Part shown: piece after piece, positions 1 through 11,924 of the stretch
Layout of the letters: each line of letters opens with the position of its first letter
How positions within the stretch are numbered: position 1 is the stretch's first letter
Source: Octopus vulgaris
Taxonomy: Eukaryota
DNA length: 64,000 nt
NCBI GenBank assembly: GCA_951406725.2
Contig: OX597821.1
Location: forward strand, 38,564,001-38,628,000
Reading direction: 5' to 3'
Position numbers and translations under genes: made by a program
The notes under the pieces: model-generated
Databases searched by the model: none
What the model saw: only the letters and a program-made list of their open reading frames with translations
What the model was told of the DNA's origin: nothing

Positions 1-534
1 GGGATTAATAAAGAGGCTGATAGGGAATTACAGAGGAGGAAGGTAGGAGGAAAAAGGAGGGTGGTGTAGGTTGTATGTGAATGGTAATCAATTGTGTTAG
101 TTGTATGAAGTCTTTGTAGTTAATGGTTGAGATAGTGAGGAAGGGAATGGCCATTCTTTGAGGGAAATAAGTTGACTGGTTCAGTGACTGAGGGAGATTA
201 CTAAAGTATGTAGAGAGGTATGAGAGAAGATAGAGGGGGGATAGAGTGGGGGATGAGTTGTCGGTCAATATAACAGTTGTTAGTGCGACAAAAGAATTGG
301 GTTGGTATTGAATGGGGGGGGGGTGCCATGGTATGTAGAGTGGTATGAAATTGACCTTTTGTATATAAACATATTTACACTTTTTGTGTATTTCATGTAT
401 TTAATGTACTTTATATATTGACCTGTCCAACTTGCTTATCCCCAGATTTACTTCTAAACCCATTCAAGTTTAAATCTCTTGAGCACTTCTAAGTGTATTC
501 TACATAGAGAATAGCTGATTCTCATCTCTCTCTC

Positions 535-651
535 AATATTTGAATGAGGGAGATAGAAGATGGAAGATACAAGAATGTTTATTATTAATCACTACAATTG
601 TTTCGACCCCTCCAGCATCGATTCCTCAAGAGTTGGATACTTAACAACTGC
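535..651 (-). mobile_element. Penelope-like pLTR remnant with the 3' half of a minimal hammerhead ribozyme
   Basis: Minus strand reads GGTC-GAAA-CAATTG-TA-GTGATT-AATAATAAA: GAAA core, palindromic stem III ACAATTGT, GUA site and a polyA signal. No CUGANGA box found nearby. Inverted homolog at 1137-1243. Confidence 0.55.
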
Positions 652-1092
652 TTATAAATGCACTTAACACAATGCAGTGGGAATGAATTTGAGTAACCAT
701 TAACTAAATTAATAATCATAATTTACCTTAAGCTATGGATGAATTGAATTTAACTCTAGCCTCCCCATTATTATAAACAATAAGTAGCTAATTTAATTCA
801 CTGTGTGAGCATATGTGCACAAAACCATGGATGTGAATAAGCTAATATCTTCATGGATGTTTGTACAAGTGAGTGTATGTGTGCCATGCATCCTAGGCGA
901 GGGTGTTTATACATCTATATCTGTTAATGCTAATATTTATTACATTTATTACATGTATTGTGTAATTGTTGCTTATTTATTATTGATTTTATATAAAAAA
1001 TGAAGCTATATCCTTTAATTTGCTGCTTTTCTATACACAAATTGAGAAGATATCTTGCAGAACAGTTGTTATTTTGACAGGATACATCTTGC

Positions 1093-1243
1093 AATCACCT
1101 GAAAAGACACATCTATACCATCAGATACTCCTAAACCAGTTGCTTCATATCCCACCCATGAGGGATCGATGCGAGATTGGTTGAAACGATTCAAGTGATT
1201 AATGAACATTTTTGTATCTTCCATCTCTTTCATTATTCAAATA
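1093..1243 (+). ncRNA. Degenerate type I hammerhead ribozyme motif in a Penelope-like pLTR
   Basis: Stem I AATCAC (1093-1098) pairs with GTGATT (1195-1200). Core CTGAAAA (1099-1105, G8>A) and GAAA (1183-1186). Stem III spacing is 9 nt as in the other copies, but the sequence is mutated (ACGATTCAA). Probably inactive. Confidence 0.55.
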
Positions 1244-1347
1244 CCCAACAAACACTGTGAAAGTGAATGTGCTTTACTGGTAAGCTACCAGGTGTATACC
1301 ATACGATTTATTGTCTAATATATATATGTGTATACATATTACTTACA

Positions 1348-1741
1348 GTGGAGGCGCAATGGCCCAGTGGTTAGGGCAGCGGACTCGCGGTCATAGGATC
1401 GCGGTTTCGATTCCCAGACCGGGCGTTGTGAGTATTTATTGAGCAAAAACACCTAAAGCTCCACGAGGCTCTGGCAGGGGATGGTGGTGATCCCTGCTGT
1501 ACTCTTTCACCACAACTTTCTCTCACTCTTACTTCCTGTTTCTGTTGTACCTGTATTTCAAAAGGGCCGGCCTTGTCACTCTCTGTGTCACGCTGAATCT
1601 CCCCGAGAACTACGTTAAGTGTACACGTGTCTGTGGAGTGCTCAGCCACTTACACGTTAATTTCACGAGCAGGCTGTTCCGTTGATTCGGATCAATCGGA
1701 ACCCTCGTCGTCGAAACTGACGGAGTGCTTCCATTTCCATC
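1348..1741 (+). mobile_element. tRNA-derived SINE, family A, full length
   Basis: A box TGGCCCAGTGG, B box GGTTTCGATTCC, (TTCCA)-type tail, 13-bp TSD CATATTACTTACA at 1335-1347 and 1742-1754. Confidence 0.92.
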
Positions 1742-2379
1742 CATATTACTTACAAATGTCAGGTGAGCTGTTTTAGAAAATAAATCATTTGTTCATGAGT
1801 TGCTGAAGCAATTACTCATTTGTGGTTTCCATATGCAATGGAAAGAATAAAGCGTCTTTTATGGTGATAATGTGCTGGCTGTAAGGAGCATTTGAACCAA
1901 TGGACATGGTAAATATCAGCTCTAACCTCACAGCACTGTGTCTCATAAACAACTGTAATTATAATTATCATACAAATTATTGAAAAAAATCTCTATTATA
2001 GATCATGTTATTGCTTTTATTTTTATATCTACTTTTGCCAGGATTTTATTTAGTGTTTTTACTTATCTGATCTAATAAAGTGATCAGCAGCCAATACATT
2101 GATTTTAGTATTGGTTAAACCATTAACTCTTACTTTCTCTAGTAAGCTATTTGTATTTTTATTAGCTATAATTCAAATGTTTACATCAATTTATGTCAAA
2201 GACCAACTTGAAGAAGTCAAAAAGTCAACAAGTTTCATTCACAATAAAAAATTAAAAGGATGAAGAACAATATAAAACAATATAAAACTACATTGTTCAC
2301 ACATGAAAAATATATTTCTGTAAAAACAAAAACATATATATGTTTATACATACATACATACATATATATATGTGTGTGA

Positions 2380-2419
<40 letters not shown>

Positions 2420-3869
2420 GTAAATAAGTCATAAAAAGAAGAAAGAAAAGCAGTTAATGAAAGAAAATGTAGAGGTAAATGTAATTAAAGGAAGATTCCT
2501 CCTTCCCCACCTCCTTCTAAAATCTAATTTGTTTTTAATTTCATCATTTTCTCATTTAGTTTATTGGTTAATTTTATTTGTGTCACTGCAGATAGGTTGT
2601 AACACTGCTTGGTTCTCCATCAATTCTTTACCAATAATATATCAGTCGAGGTTCTCATTACAGTCAATATTCATGTATTACGTGTTTATCAATCCTCCTT
2701 AACACCACACACACACACATCATCATCTTCATGGTGTCAGTGAGAAAACTTCAAGTATATTTCAACCTACTAAAAACTGTGTCCATGTCTCACTCAAATC
2801 GCAATCTAATTATTTAAATAAAACAACAGGACACATTGGATCTTGTAGGATTAGATGACAGGATGAGTGACAAAAGTTGGAATAGTCATGGCTGGAATGC
2901 CTTTGATTCGTGCTGACTTGGGGCTAAGCATCATCATTGATGTTGTCACGACCACCACCATCATCATCGTCATCATCTTTAAAATATGGGCAGTGACCAT
3001 GACATTTTCTTCAAGGTCTTTGAGACTGGTGAGAGGAAATTAACCAAAGACCTGAGACTTGACTTCAATCCACTAAAGTCCAGCATGACTGGTGCTGTTT
3101 TATCCTTTTTACACACTGACTGAGGTCGTATGGGTTCATTAATTTCTATTTCTATCTTTGTCTCTTCAAAGTTGTTCAACTTAACAACATAGAGTAATAA
3201 ACTTTTCATTAATTTTACAAATTTTACAAAATTGTTGTTTCTCACACTCTGTGACACTTCATGAAACTAGATAGACTATTCCGTTGAGAACATAGTATGC
3301 TGTTGGTTGTATTAGCTGAATGCCACCCAGGTGCAGGAAATAAACTGGCAAGTTGTTTACATTGATTTATATAAGCCAAAAAAGATATTCTTGCTAGAAA
3401 TACCAGTCAAATCTCTCTCAAAATGACAACTTATCATCTGAAAAATACTATAGATATCTAGAAAATGTAGTCAAGACTAGAGAATCTCTGAAAACAAAGA
3501 TCGGGTAGTCGTGGCTTAAATTCCTTTGATTATTGATCTATTTGATCACAGCTAGTTTTCTTTACTTTCCGTCCCCAAGGAACTCATTATTTACTCTAAT
3601 ATTTTTTCTCTAAGTGTTTCCCAATTTCTCTGTCAAAGATGTGATACTCTGTTGATGTAAATAAACCAGTTCTCTAGAGTCTAGATTACCATTTATTATT
3701 TCTAAAATGCATCTTTATTTTCATATTTTGTAACAATTTATGCACAATTGTACAAATGGGAAAGATTTAGAAAATTCCTACAATTTGTTAGAGAAAAGGT
3801 TTCTGCTACTCATAACCTTTTCTGATATCTAATGGCTCAACCACAATACACCAAAGAATGAGCATACAT

Positions 3870-4245
3870 GGAATTACTTAATGTGCTAGAAAGAAAAACC
3901 AAGCTGCTATCAATGCACACTTTACTGTCTTAAGAAAAGGAAAAACACACTGGATAATGTAGCCCTACATTTATATGGTCTGAACAAAAGATGGCAGGAT
4001 TATTGTTATAGCATTTTTAACCATGAGAGTCGCCTGAGGTTTAACAACAACAACAACAACAACAACAATAAAGACCCTGATTGGTGTGACTTGATTTGCA
4101 AAAACTAACACTCAGATTTCCTTCAACTTACACTCAACATTATCCTATCTTAAGGGAAGGACATTAGGTACTGTAGTCCTAGATGGACAAGGAATGATGA
4201 TGTTGCGCTTGGAATATCTTTCAACAGGGGCTAAGCAACCACTCA
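3870..4245 (+). mobile_element. Old decayed SINE/LINE-tail repeats ending in GGGGCTAA(CAA)n, two adjacent copies
   Basis: Shared motif ATGTAG(T/C)CCTA...GATGG...GGGGCTAA/(CAA)n, also seen at about 2820-2935, 3390-3560 and 59010-59135. Confidence 0.45.
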
Positions 4246-4271
4246 ACCAAGATGTGAGAGAGACACTTTTG

Positions 4272-4333
4272 TTGTAGTAGTAGTAGTAGTAGTAGTAGTA
4301 GCAGCAGTAGTAGCAGCAGCAGTAGCAGCAGCA
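4272..4333. repeat. (TAG)n/(CAG)n trinucleotide microsatellite
   Basis: Direct reading of the sequence. Confidence 0.95.
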
Positions 4334-5511
4334 ACTTTCACTGGAGTAGTGGTGGAGGGGATAATGGTGGTTGTAGTGACAGAGATGATGTTGATAGTGC
4401 AACAATAACAGCAACCTTTCCCACAAAAGCTGGTTGTTATTATTGAAAGATATTTATGAACACTTTAAATATTTAGCTGCAAATACGAGGCAGTGTTCCA
4501 TTCCAAAACTATAATTAATAAATTCACTGTTTGTTGGGAGAAAATCTTTTCAGAATGAAACACACTTTAATTATAGCATCATTGTGAATAAATAAAATTA
4601 TTAATATATATTTGGGGTATTATATATTAGGCACATATGATATTTAGAAAGTAAACTGTCAAATTATGTCTTGTTTTGTCTGCAGAGTTGAAATATTATC
4701 ATGTTTATCACAGTGTTAGTTATGACAGGCCGTGGGTGAGGGTCTAAAAATTGGAGTCAATATCAGAAGGTAAATGAGATTTTCATACATTTTAAAAGTC
4801 TTTCCTCAGCTCAGTTGTCTTGTTTATATAACTACTTCTATCATTGAACAGAATCACTAAGACAACAGTTCTGACTTCTACAGTAGTTCAGGTAGCAAGC
4901 TCTACCTGCTGTTTGTGGTAGCTATTTCCTAAGGTGTGCAAACCACCAAATAATTACATTGGCTTGCAAAAGAAACCCTTTATTTATTGGAGATAAAATA
5001 AACCATTTTTACAGTTTGGTTTGCAGGCATATTTTAAACTTTTACTCTTGTTTTGTTTCCTAGCATGCTTATTTTCTTTTTTGAAATGTGACAGGTTGTT
5101 GGGTTTCATCACTTTTTATAGAGACTTAAACTGTATTACATAATAGCTTGCACGAAATTTGTTCATTGCTTAAACCAAGAAACACAGTTTGTTGACATGA
5201 TAAGCAAGAGAAACACTTACAAAGGAAGGAAGAAATACTACGATATTTCTTTGTATTTTATTACATTTGGAATTCAAATCCTACCACTGCAAACTTCAAC
5301 TTTTACACCTCATTAATAACTGTCTTTTACACACTATGATCAACACAGTTGATTATTTGCTTATTTTACTGGCTTCTGACCCACTAACAGAAGTAACCAA
5401 CTACATTGTGACCTCATCAGCACCACCAGTACTACAGAGCTGTAGCTGTTGGTGGCAGGTATTTACCAGTTGTAGGTACTGAGATTAAGTTTTAGGGGCT
5501 GATTAATTACA

Positions 5512-5675
5512 TGGTATGGCTGTCTGGTTCAGAAGTTCATTACCTAACCACCTGGTTTCATGTTCAGTCCCACTGCACAGCACCTTGGCCAAGTGTCTTC
5601 TACTATAGCCCTGGGCTGAACAAAGTCATGTCTATGGATATCATAGATAGAAACTAAAGTAAGACTGTTGTGTGT
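5512..5675 (+). mobile_element. tRNA-derived SINE, family B, 5' part, decayed
   Basis: TGGCTGTCTGG...GTTCAGTCCCACTGC...CACCTTGGCCAAGTGTCTTCTACTATAGCC, homologous to 49138-49300. Confidence 0.75.
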
Positions 5676-6532
5676 GTGTATATATATATATATATATACA
5701 TATATAAAAGATAAACTTACTTGGAAATGGATGTGTGGCGTTCAGTCATATAATAATATAAATAAAATATATCTAGATGCATATATACATACATATATGT
5801 ACATACATAAACAAAATGAAATACAACGACAAACGAGATAAAGAAATGGAAAACAAGACAAGTAACATAAAGAACGACCTTTCATCAGTTGTCTGCTGTC
5901 CATCTACTCCTCATTTCGAGCATTTAACAACAATATGAGGCAAATCAAAATAAAATTTGGGATTTGCAGAGGATCAATGTTGGTAACAAAAACAGGACAG
6001 TGGGGACATAAAACAAAACAAATGAAAACAAGCACAGAGGGCCATTAGGCCAGACGAGGTAAAGTAGTGAATGCTAGAGAAATATTGTTTTTGACAAGAG
6101 AAAAGATAGAAGAGGAGACAGATAAGAATATGTCTGATATATATATGCACACTCATACACATACTATATATGTTTTTATGTATGTATATGTGAGTGTGCA
6201 TGTGTCTGTGTGTGCGTGTGCAGAAGCAAGGATTTGTGTCTCCTTGTCTTAGCATCATGCAATATGTAAACATTACCTTCATACAAGTAGTGCCACTCAC
6301 TTCCAGAAGGGCATCCAGACATCTGCCTCCACAAACACCATTTGGCACAGGCAAATTCTGCCTCAATAAACTCTGTTTGACTTATACAAGCATAAAAAAG
6401 TAGAGATTAAAACATTGATTATTGAATTCCATTTCTCATTTAATAAACCTTTAGCATAAAATAAAATATCAACTAGCCATTGTGTGCCTCTGAAACACAT
6501 TGCTGTTGCTGTTTTACAAGGAGATCTCTGAT

Positions 6533-6935
6533 ATCATCATCGTCATCATCATCATCGTTTAGCGTCCGCTTTCCATGCTAGCATGGGTTGGACGGTTCAA
6601 CTGGGGTCTGGGAAGCCAGAAGGCTGCACCAGACCCAGTTTGATCTGGCAATGTTTCTATGGCTGGATGTCCTTCCTAATGCCAACCTCTCCATGAGTGT
6701 AGTGGGTGCTTTTTACGTGCCACCAGCAAAGGTGCCAGACGAGTCTGGCAAACGGCCGCGATCGGATGGTGCTTTTTATGTGCCACCGGAACGGGGGCCA
6801 GGCGAGGCTGGCAACGGCCACGAACGGATGGTGCTTTTTATGTGCCACCGGCACGAGGCCAGTCGGGGCGGCACTGGCAACGGCCACGTTCAGATGGTTC
6901 TCTTACGTGCCACCGGCACTGGTAACTCAGCTGCA
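6533..6935 (-). mobile_element. (GAT)n-tailed retroposon sharing its 3' tail with the RTE LINE (family C)
   Basis: (CAT)n-CGTTTAGCGTCCGCTTTCCATGCTAGCATGGGTTGGAC end and several internal tandem units containing GTGCCACCGG. Confidence 0.85.
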
Positions 6936-7641
6936 ATTTCCATTGATCAATTTCGATATGTCACCTTTAATTACCATAAAACTTTTGTCGCACTGTAAAA
7001 CTATTGTTACATCATACAATGTTTCAACTATTTCTCTGATTTTCATCCAATATTTGAAAAATCCAAAAATTCTGGAGAAAAACTGATTATCTTACAAGAC
7101 ATTTTCGAATATCTTGAAGCAATTTACAAGATGGAGCATAAAAGGTTGGTTAATGAATGAATCAATGATTAAAGTTTAGCATTTGATCATTAGCAGCTTA
7201 ATTAGTTGACAAGGGAAAGTTTTAGTTCATTAATTTAGGAACATCATGCTTGTGTAGATCTAAGAAAAAAGGAAATGGTTGCTTGAATATTTAGTGGCAG
7301 ACCTCTGGGACTCTGGATCAAAGAGTATTCAATTCCTTAGCATTAAATTTATGATCAAAATTTACCACTTGACCAGTGCTCCAGTTGGGGCCATCCAGTT
7401 TATGATTATGCTGATTTACTTTCACAAAACATATCATGTGACTATCTAGAAGCTTCTGTATTAACTTATGTTAGTGTATTAGTCTTTTAGTTGAGCCTTG
7501 TAGTGATTAATATTAATTAACTCATTACCACAGGTGATTCTTTAATAGCATAGATTCATCCAAGGACAGGAACTGCTTCAGGATGGAGTAAATTGACAGA
7601 TTTATTTAATATTATTGTTTGTGCAAAAACAACAACAACAG

Positions 7642-7865
7642 TTTAACCATTTTGATACCAACCCACTCAGGCCTGCATATGGTTCCATAATACAAATTTC
7701 CTGTTTTAAAGGGATCTAAGTTAAAACCTTTCATCAAAATTCCATATCAATTTAAGTTCCAAGCACCAGTTTAATAATGACAGAGTTATTTTACTAAATT
7801 CTTCAAAAACTTCAAAAGTAACTACAACAAAGGTGGCGTATTTCAAACGAAATATGTTAGTACTA
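7642..7865 (-). mobile_element. Decayed copy of the TTAA-type MITE family
   Basis: Starts TTAACCATTTTGATACCAACCC and contains GTTATTTTACTAAATTCTT, the reverse complement of the core of 14316-14536. Similar old copies at about 33945-34135 and 50500-50920. Confidence 0.65.
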
Positions 7866-8111
7866 AATTAGTATATAAGGTCAATGATTGTACTAAAATA
7901 AAATTAGTATAACAACATAATATTTTTGTAAATTAAGTCACACTTCTTTTTCAGAAATTTCTTAGGAATAAATCCTGTTTAAGAACATCATATTCCTTAA
8001 GATCTCCATTTGGGGATATTCTCCATCTTCCTGTCCGTGGATATATAATGGAAGGCATGGTTTACGATATCGGGAGAATATCGCCTTCTCCCCATTATAT
8101 CTTGTTCTTCA

Positions 8112-8515
8112 TGTAGTTCAGGCTCCGGCAGGCAAAGAAAGGAGTACAAATGCAATTTACAACCGGTTTATTTACAAGTTTCACAGAATAGGTGAAGTGC
8201 GTTGCTCTCAGCAACCATCTCATGCTGTGTGCATGGTGTTGCATCTCCATTAGTGCAGGCACATTGCCTCTGGAGGTACAACATGCAGACAAGCCCAGCC
8301 AGTGAAGTGTACTCAGCAAGCACTGCTGTGTAGAAGCAGAGAGAGAGAGTGAATCTGTTTCTGTTCTGCCCTTATATACAGTTTGCCATCATGAGCCTTA
8401 TTGTGATCTCGCGCATGGTAAATGGATGCAGGTGAGGTCTCGCTCCATTCTTGGAGATGGGAATGGCTGCTACGAGATCTCATCCAATATGGTGCTGACT
8501 GCTTGTGCTGCTACA
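8112..8515 (-). mobile_element. Solo LTR of an LTR retrotransposon (404 bp)
   Basis: TGTAG...CTACA termini. On the minus strand a TATATAA box (about 8372-8378) precedes AATAAA (8167-8172). GC-richer than the flanks. No TSD recognised. Confidence 0.65.
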
Positions 8516-9494
8516 GATAAATCGGTGATATTAAAGATTTACCTGTGGTAATGAGTTAATTAATACTAATCACTACAAGGCTCAACTAAAAGACTAATAC
8601 ACAAACATAAGTTAATACAGGAGCTTCTAGATAGTCACATGATATGTTTTGTGGAAGTAAATCAGCATAATCATAAACTGGATGGCCCCAATTGGAGCAC
8701 TGGTCAAGTGATAAAGTTTGATCATAACTTTAATACTAAAGAATTGAATACTCTTTGATCCAGAGTCCCAGAGGTCTGCCACTAAATATTCAAGCAACCA
8801 TTTCCTTTTCTTTGATCAACACATTAAAATTATGTTCCATGGGATTTTCTTAGATAAATATACAACATTCATTCTTAGCTCTGATTTTATGGTTTAAAAC
8901 AGCTGGGAGATAACTCTTCTTTTAGATGATAACCCAGTAAATGAAAAATATCATTCCACTATGATCTGACATGTATCCTTATCAGTCAGGTAAACTGAGG
9001 TAATGAAAAATATAATATTCTGTGAAAGAATTCATTAAATACCTACTGTAAATTAAGACAAGTAATTTATGAGTGTAGACTTTAATATCATTTGATCTTT
9101 CCACTTCTGTGTCCATCTATATAGAATGAAGAATATTTTTGCCCAAAATATGGAGAAGAAACTACAAGTGAAAAACATTTGGGGCAATATCCACAGGTAG
9201 TTTTTGGCTTTTTACATTCAAAAGTTTGTTTTCTTTTTTACTCAATTTTTACACACTATGATTCATAGCTTTATCTGATTCAAGTTTCACCATGAGAAGC
9301 AAAATATCAAAATATTTATTAGCACCTAATCAATTGTCAGGTAGAACTAAGGTATTGCATGGTTTGTATGGCTCTACAGATGCAAGGTTTACAAAGCAAT
9401 AATGTGCTCTTATATTTTTCAATTTCTTTTTTGTCTTCCTTTATTATCATTTTTGACAAATAGTTGTCTCGAAATTGTAACATTTCCCAAATCT

Positions 9495-9715
9495 TTTATC
9501 TTTTGCTTGTTTCAGTCATCACACACTGCCACCGGGGGAACCACCTTGAAGAATTTTTAACTGAATGAATCAACCCCAGAACTTCCTTCCTTTTTGAAGA
9601 CTAGTAATACCCATTCCATCAGTTCCTTTGCCAGTCTGCTCAGTTAAGGGGGTGTAAGCATACCAATACCAGCTGTTAAGCAGTGGAGGGGGAGGGGACA
9701 AACACAGAAACAAAG
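9495..9715 (-). mobile_element. SINE family B, 3' part, decayed
   Basis: TCTTTTGCTTGTTTCAGTCAT... is the reverse complement of the family B tail ATGACTGAAACAAGTAAAAGA. Confidence 0.65.
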
Positions 9716-9765
9716 GGAGAAAAACACACACACACGCACACATACACACCTATAAATATATTATG

Positions 9766-9798
<33 letters not shown>

Positions 9799-9814
9799 GA
9801 GTATAGCTAGGAAT

Positions 9815-11118
9815 TTGGCATACAGATGGGAGTTCACCAAAGTTTGGCTTTCAGCACCCTCTTGTTTATCATAACCCACCACGTAATAACAGAGGAGTTT
9901 AAGATTGGTTACTCTTGGGATCTCCTCTATGCTGATGACCTTGTTTTTATAACTGAATCACTACCTGAACAATGGAGGAAATTTCAGGTGTTTAAGCAAG
10001 GTCTGGAATCTAAGAGCTTTAGAGTTCATTTAGCTAAGACCAAAGTTCTAGTAAGTAGGGAAATGGCTCTGCTCAATATGGAGAAAAAGTGTAGATAGAA
10101 ACTCCATACAGTGTACCTGATGCAAGCTATAAACACATAAGAGGTGCAGCAGTAACTGATGGAAAGCAGTCTTAGTGTGTGGTACAGTAAACTCTAAATT
10201 GTATGGAAACAGACTCCCTTAAATGTCCAGGGGGATCCTTAGAAGTAGTAAATAGTTCCTGTTACTTCAGCAACCAAGTTAGCAATGGTGGCAGTAGTTC
10301 TGATAGTTCAGTTGTTTGAATAAGTACAGGCTTGGTAAAGTTCAGAGAGCTTCTATCTTTGGTGGTAACAAAGGGCCTCCCCACTCAGAGTGAAAGATAG
10401 ATTGTATGAAGCCTGCATGTGAACAGCTGTGCTACATTACAGTGAGACATGGGCTGTGACTTCTGAGGGCATGTGAAAGCTTGAAAGAAATGAAGCCAAC
10501 ATGCTCCACTGGATGGGTAATATCAATGTGCAGATATTACTGAGTGTAAGTGATCTGACAGAAAATATTGAGAATAAGAGGCATCAGATGTAGTGTGCAA
10601 GAAAGCAAGAAAGAAAACTGCACTGATATGGTCATATGATACATATGGATAAGGACAGCTGCATCAAGGAGTGCTGATCTCTAATAATGAGGGGATTGTG
10701 TAGAAGGGATAGAAGCAGGAAGGTGTGGGACAAAGTGGTGAGAAAGGAACTTCAGCTTTTGGGCCTCACAGAGGAGGGACAGATTTCTGGCAGTTTGCTT
10801 TTGGTGAGAAGATATGTCAGACTAATTAAAATTGTGACTGTCGATACATACAGGTATGTCTTCTGTGTCCCTCTTTCAGCTGAGAGGTCCTAGTTTTGTG
10901 AGCTTGCAGGAGCTGGTGCCTCGTAGAAGAGGCCATACCAGTGCCACATAAAAGTATGTGTGCCACTGTCACATTAAAAAGCACTCTGGAAGGTGGTTGG
11001 CATTAAGAAGGGGATCCAACTATAGAAACCCTGCCAAAACTAACAAATGGGAGCTTGGTCAGCTCCTGGCAAAGTGTACAACCCATGCCAGCATGGAGAA
11101 CTAAATGATGATGATGAT
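9815..11118 (+). mobile_element. 5'-truncated RTE-clade LINE, decayed reverse transcriptase and 3' end
   Basis: GVHQS(GS)...LLFII...LLYADDLV...GLESK..RVHLAKTKVLV, followed by RLYEAC...SETWAVT...LERNEA.MLHWM with stops and frameshifts. Ends in the family C tail with (GAT)n at 11106-11118. Confidence 0.88.
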
Positions 11119-11123
11119 ACAAC

Positions 11124-11280
11124 AGGCTTCTTTCAGTTTCCACCTACCAAATCCACTCACAAAGCTTTGTTTGGCCCAGGGCTAGAGTAGAAGACACTTG
11201 TCCAAGGTGCCATGGAGTGGAACTGAACCCAGAACCATGTGGTTGGGAAGCTTCTTACCATATAGTCATTCTGTGCCTAT
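11124..11280 (-). mobile_element. SINE family B, 5' part
   Basis: Reverse complement of ...ACCACATGGTTCTGGGTTCAGTTCCACTCCATGGCACCTTGGACAAGTGTCTTCTAC...GAAACTGAAAGAAGCC. Confidence 0.8.
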
Positions 11281-11415
11281 ACAATATATCAATATTTCCA
11301 TTTTAATTGATCTAACTGTCCTATTTGGCACTGTGTAGGTGAAAAAAAAACAACCATTGCTGTACCAATTCTGCTATTTTACCATCTGGACCTTGTGGTG
11401 TCATTGTTCAGCCAT

Positions 11416-11924
11416 TTCTTCTTCTTCTTCTTCTTCTACTTCTTCCAATCAGGACTCACGCCATTAGCCACAAAGAATAATCTCTAATTTGAACCTACTC
11501 TAAGCTACTAAGAATGTGTGTGGCAACTTGAAGATCCACCCACCACATGCCATAGACTGGCGGTTGCATGGGTACAAAAGCTAAGTTGTTATCCTCATTC
11601 CGTAAATGGTGGCTTTTAACAGGTGGAGAGCTGAACCATCCTGGGGTACAGAGGATTCGCAATCCAGACTAGGGTCTGAAAGTTTACCACATCATAGTGG
11701 GTTACACCGTGTTTCCTCTGCTTTGTGGAAGAAGTAGGAAGAAAGAGTGGGAGAAAGTTGTGGTGAAAGAGTACAGCGGCGTTCACCACCACACTCCACC
11801 GGAGCCTCATGGAGCTTAGGTGTTTTTGCTCAATAAACACTCACAATGCCCGGTCTGGGAATCGAAACCGCATTCTTACAACCGCGAGTCTGCTGCCCTA
11901 ACCACTGGGCCATTGCACCCCCAC
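11416..11924 (-). mobile_element. SINE family A with a different 3' tail ending in (GAA)n
   Basis: Head at about 11740-11924 is the reverse complement of 1348-1535. An unrelated body runs to (TTC)n at 11416-11445. Confidence 0.8.

Larger units (their letters stand above)
7251..8823. repeat. Long inverted repeat with ~300-bp arms (7251-7550 and 8526-8823)
   Basis: GGAAATGGTTGCTTGAATATTTAGTGGCAGACCTCTGGGACTCTGGATCAAAGAG (7271-) is the reverse complement of the 8751-8805 segment, and similarity continues with few mismatches across both arms. Confidence 0.93.

Noticed and set aside
1348-1425. tRNA gene
   Set aside because: A and B boxes are present, but it is the head of a TSD-flanked multi-copy SINE.
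2979-3257. 92-aa minus-strand ORF as a host exon
   Set aside because: No recognisable homology and unconvincing splice sites.
4686-4769. Candidate exon after TTTTGTCTGCAG; similar cases at 2592 and 14983
   Set aside because: Stops in most frames, no recognisable peptide, and no consistent exon chain.
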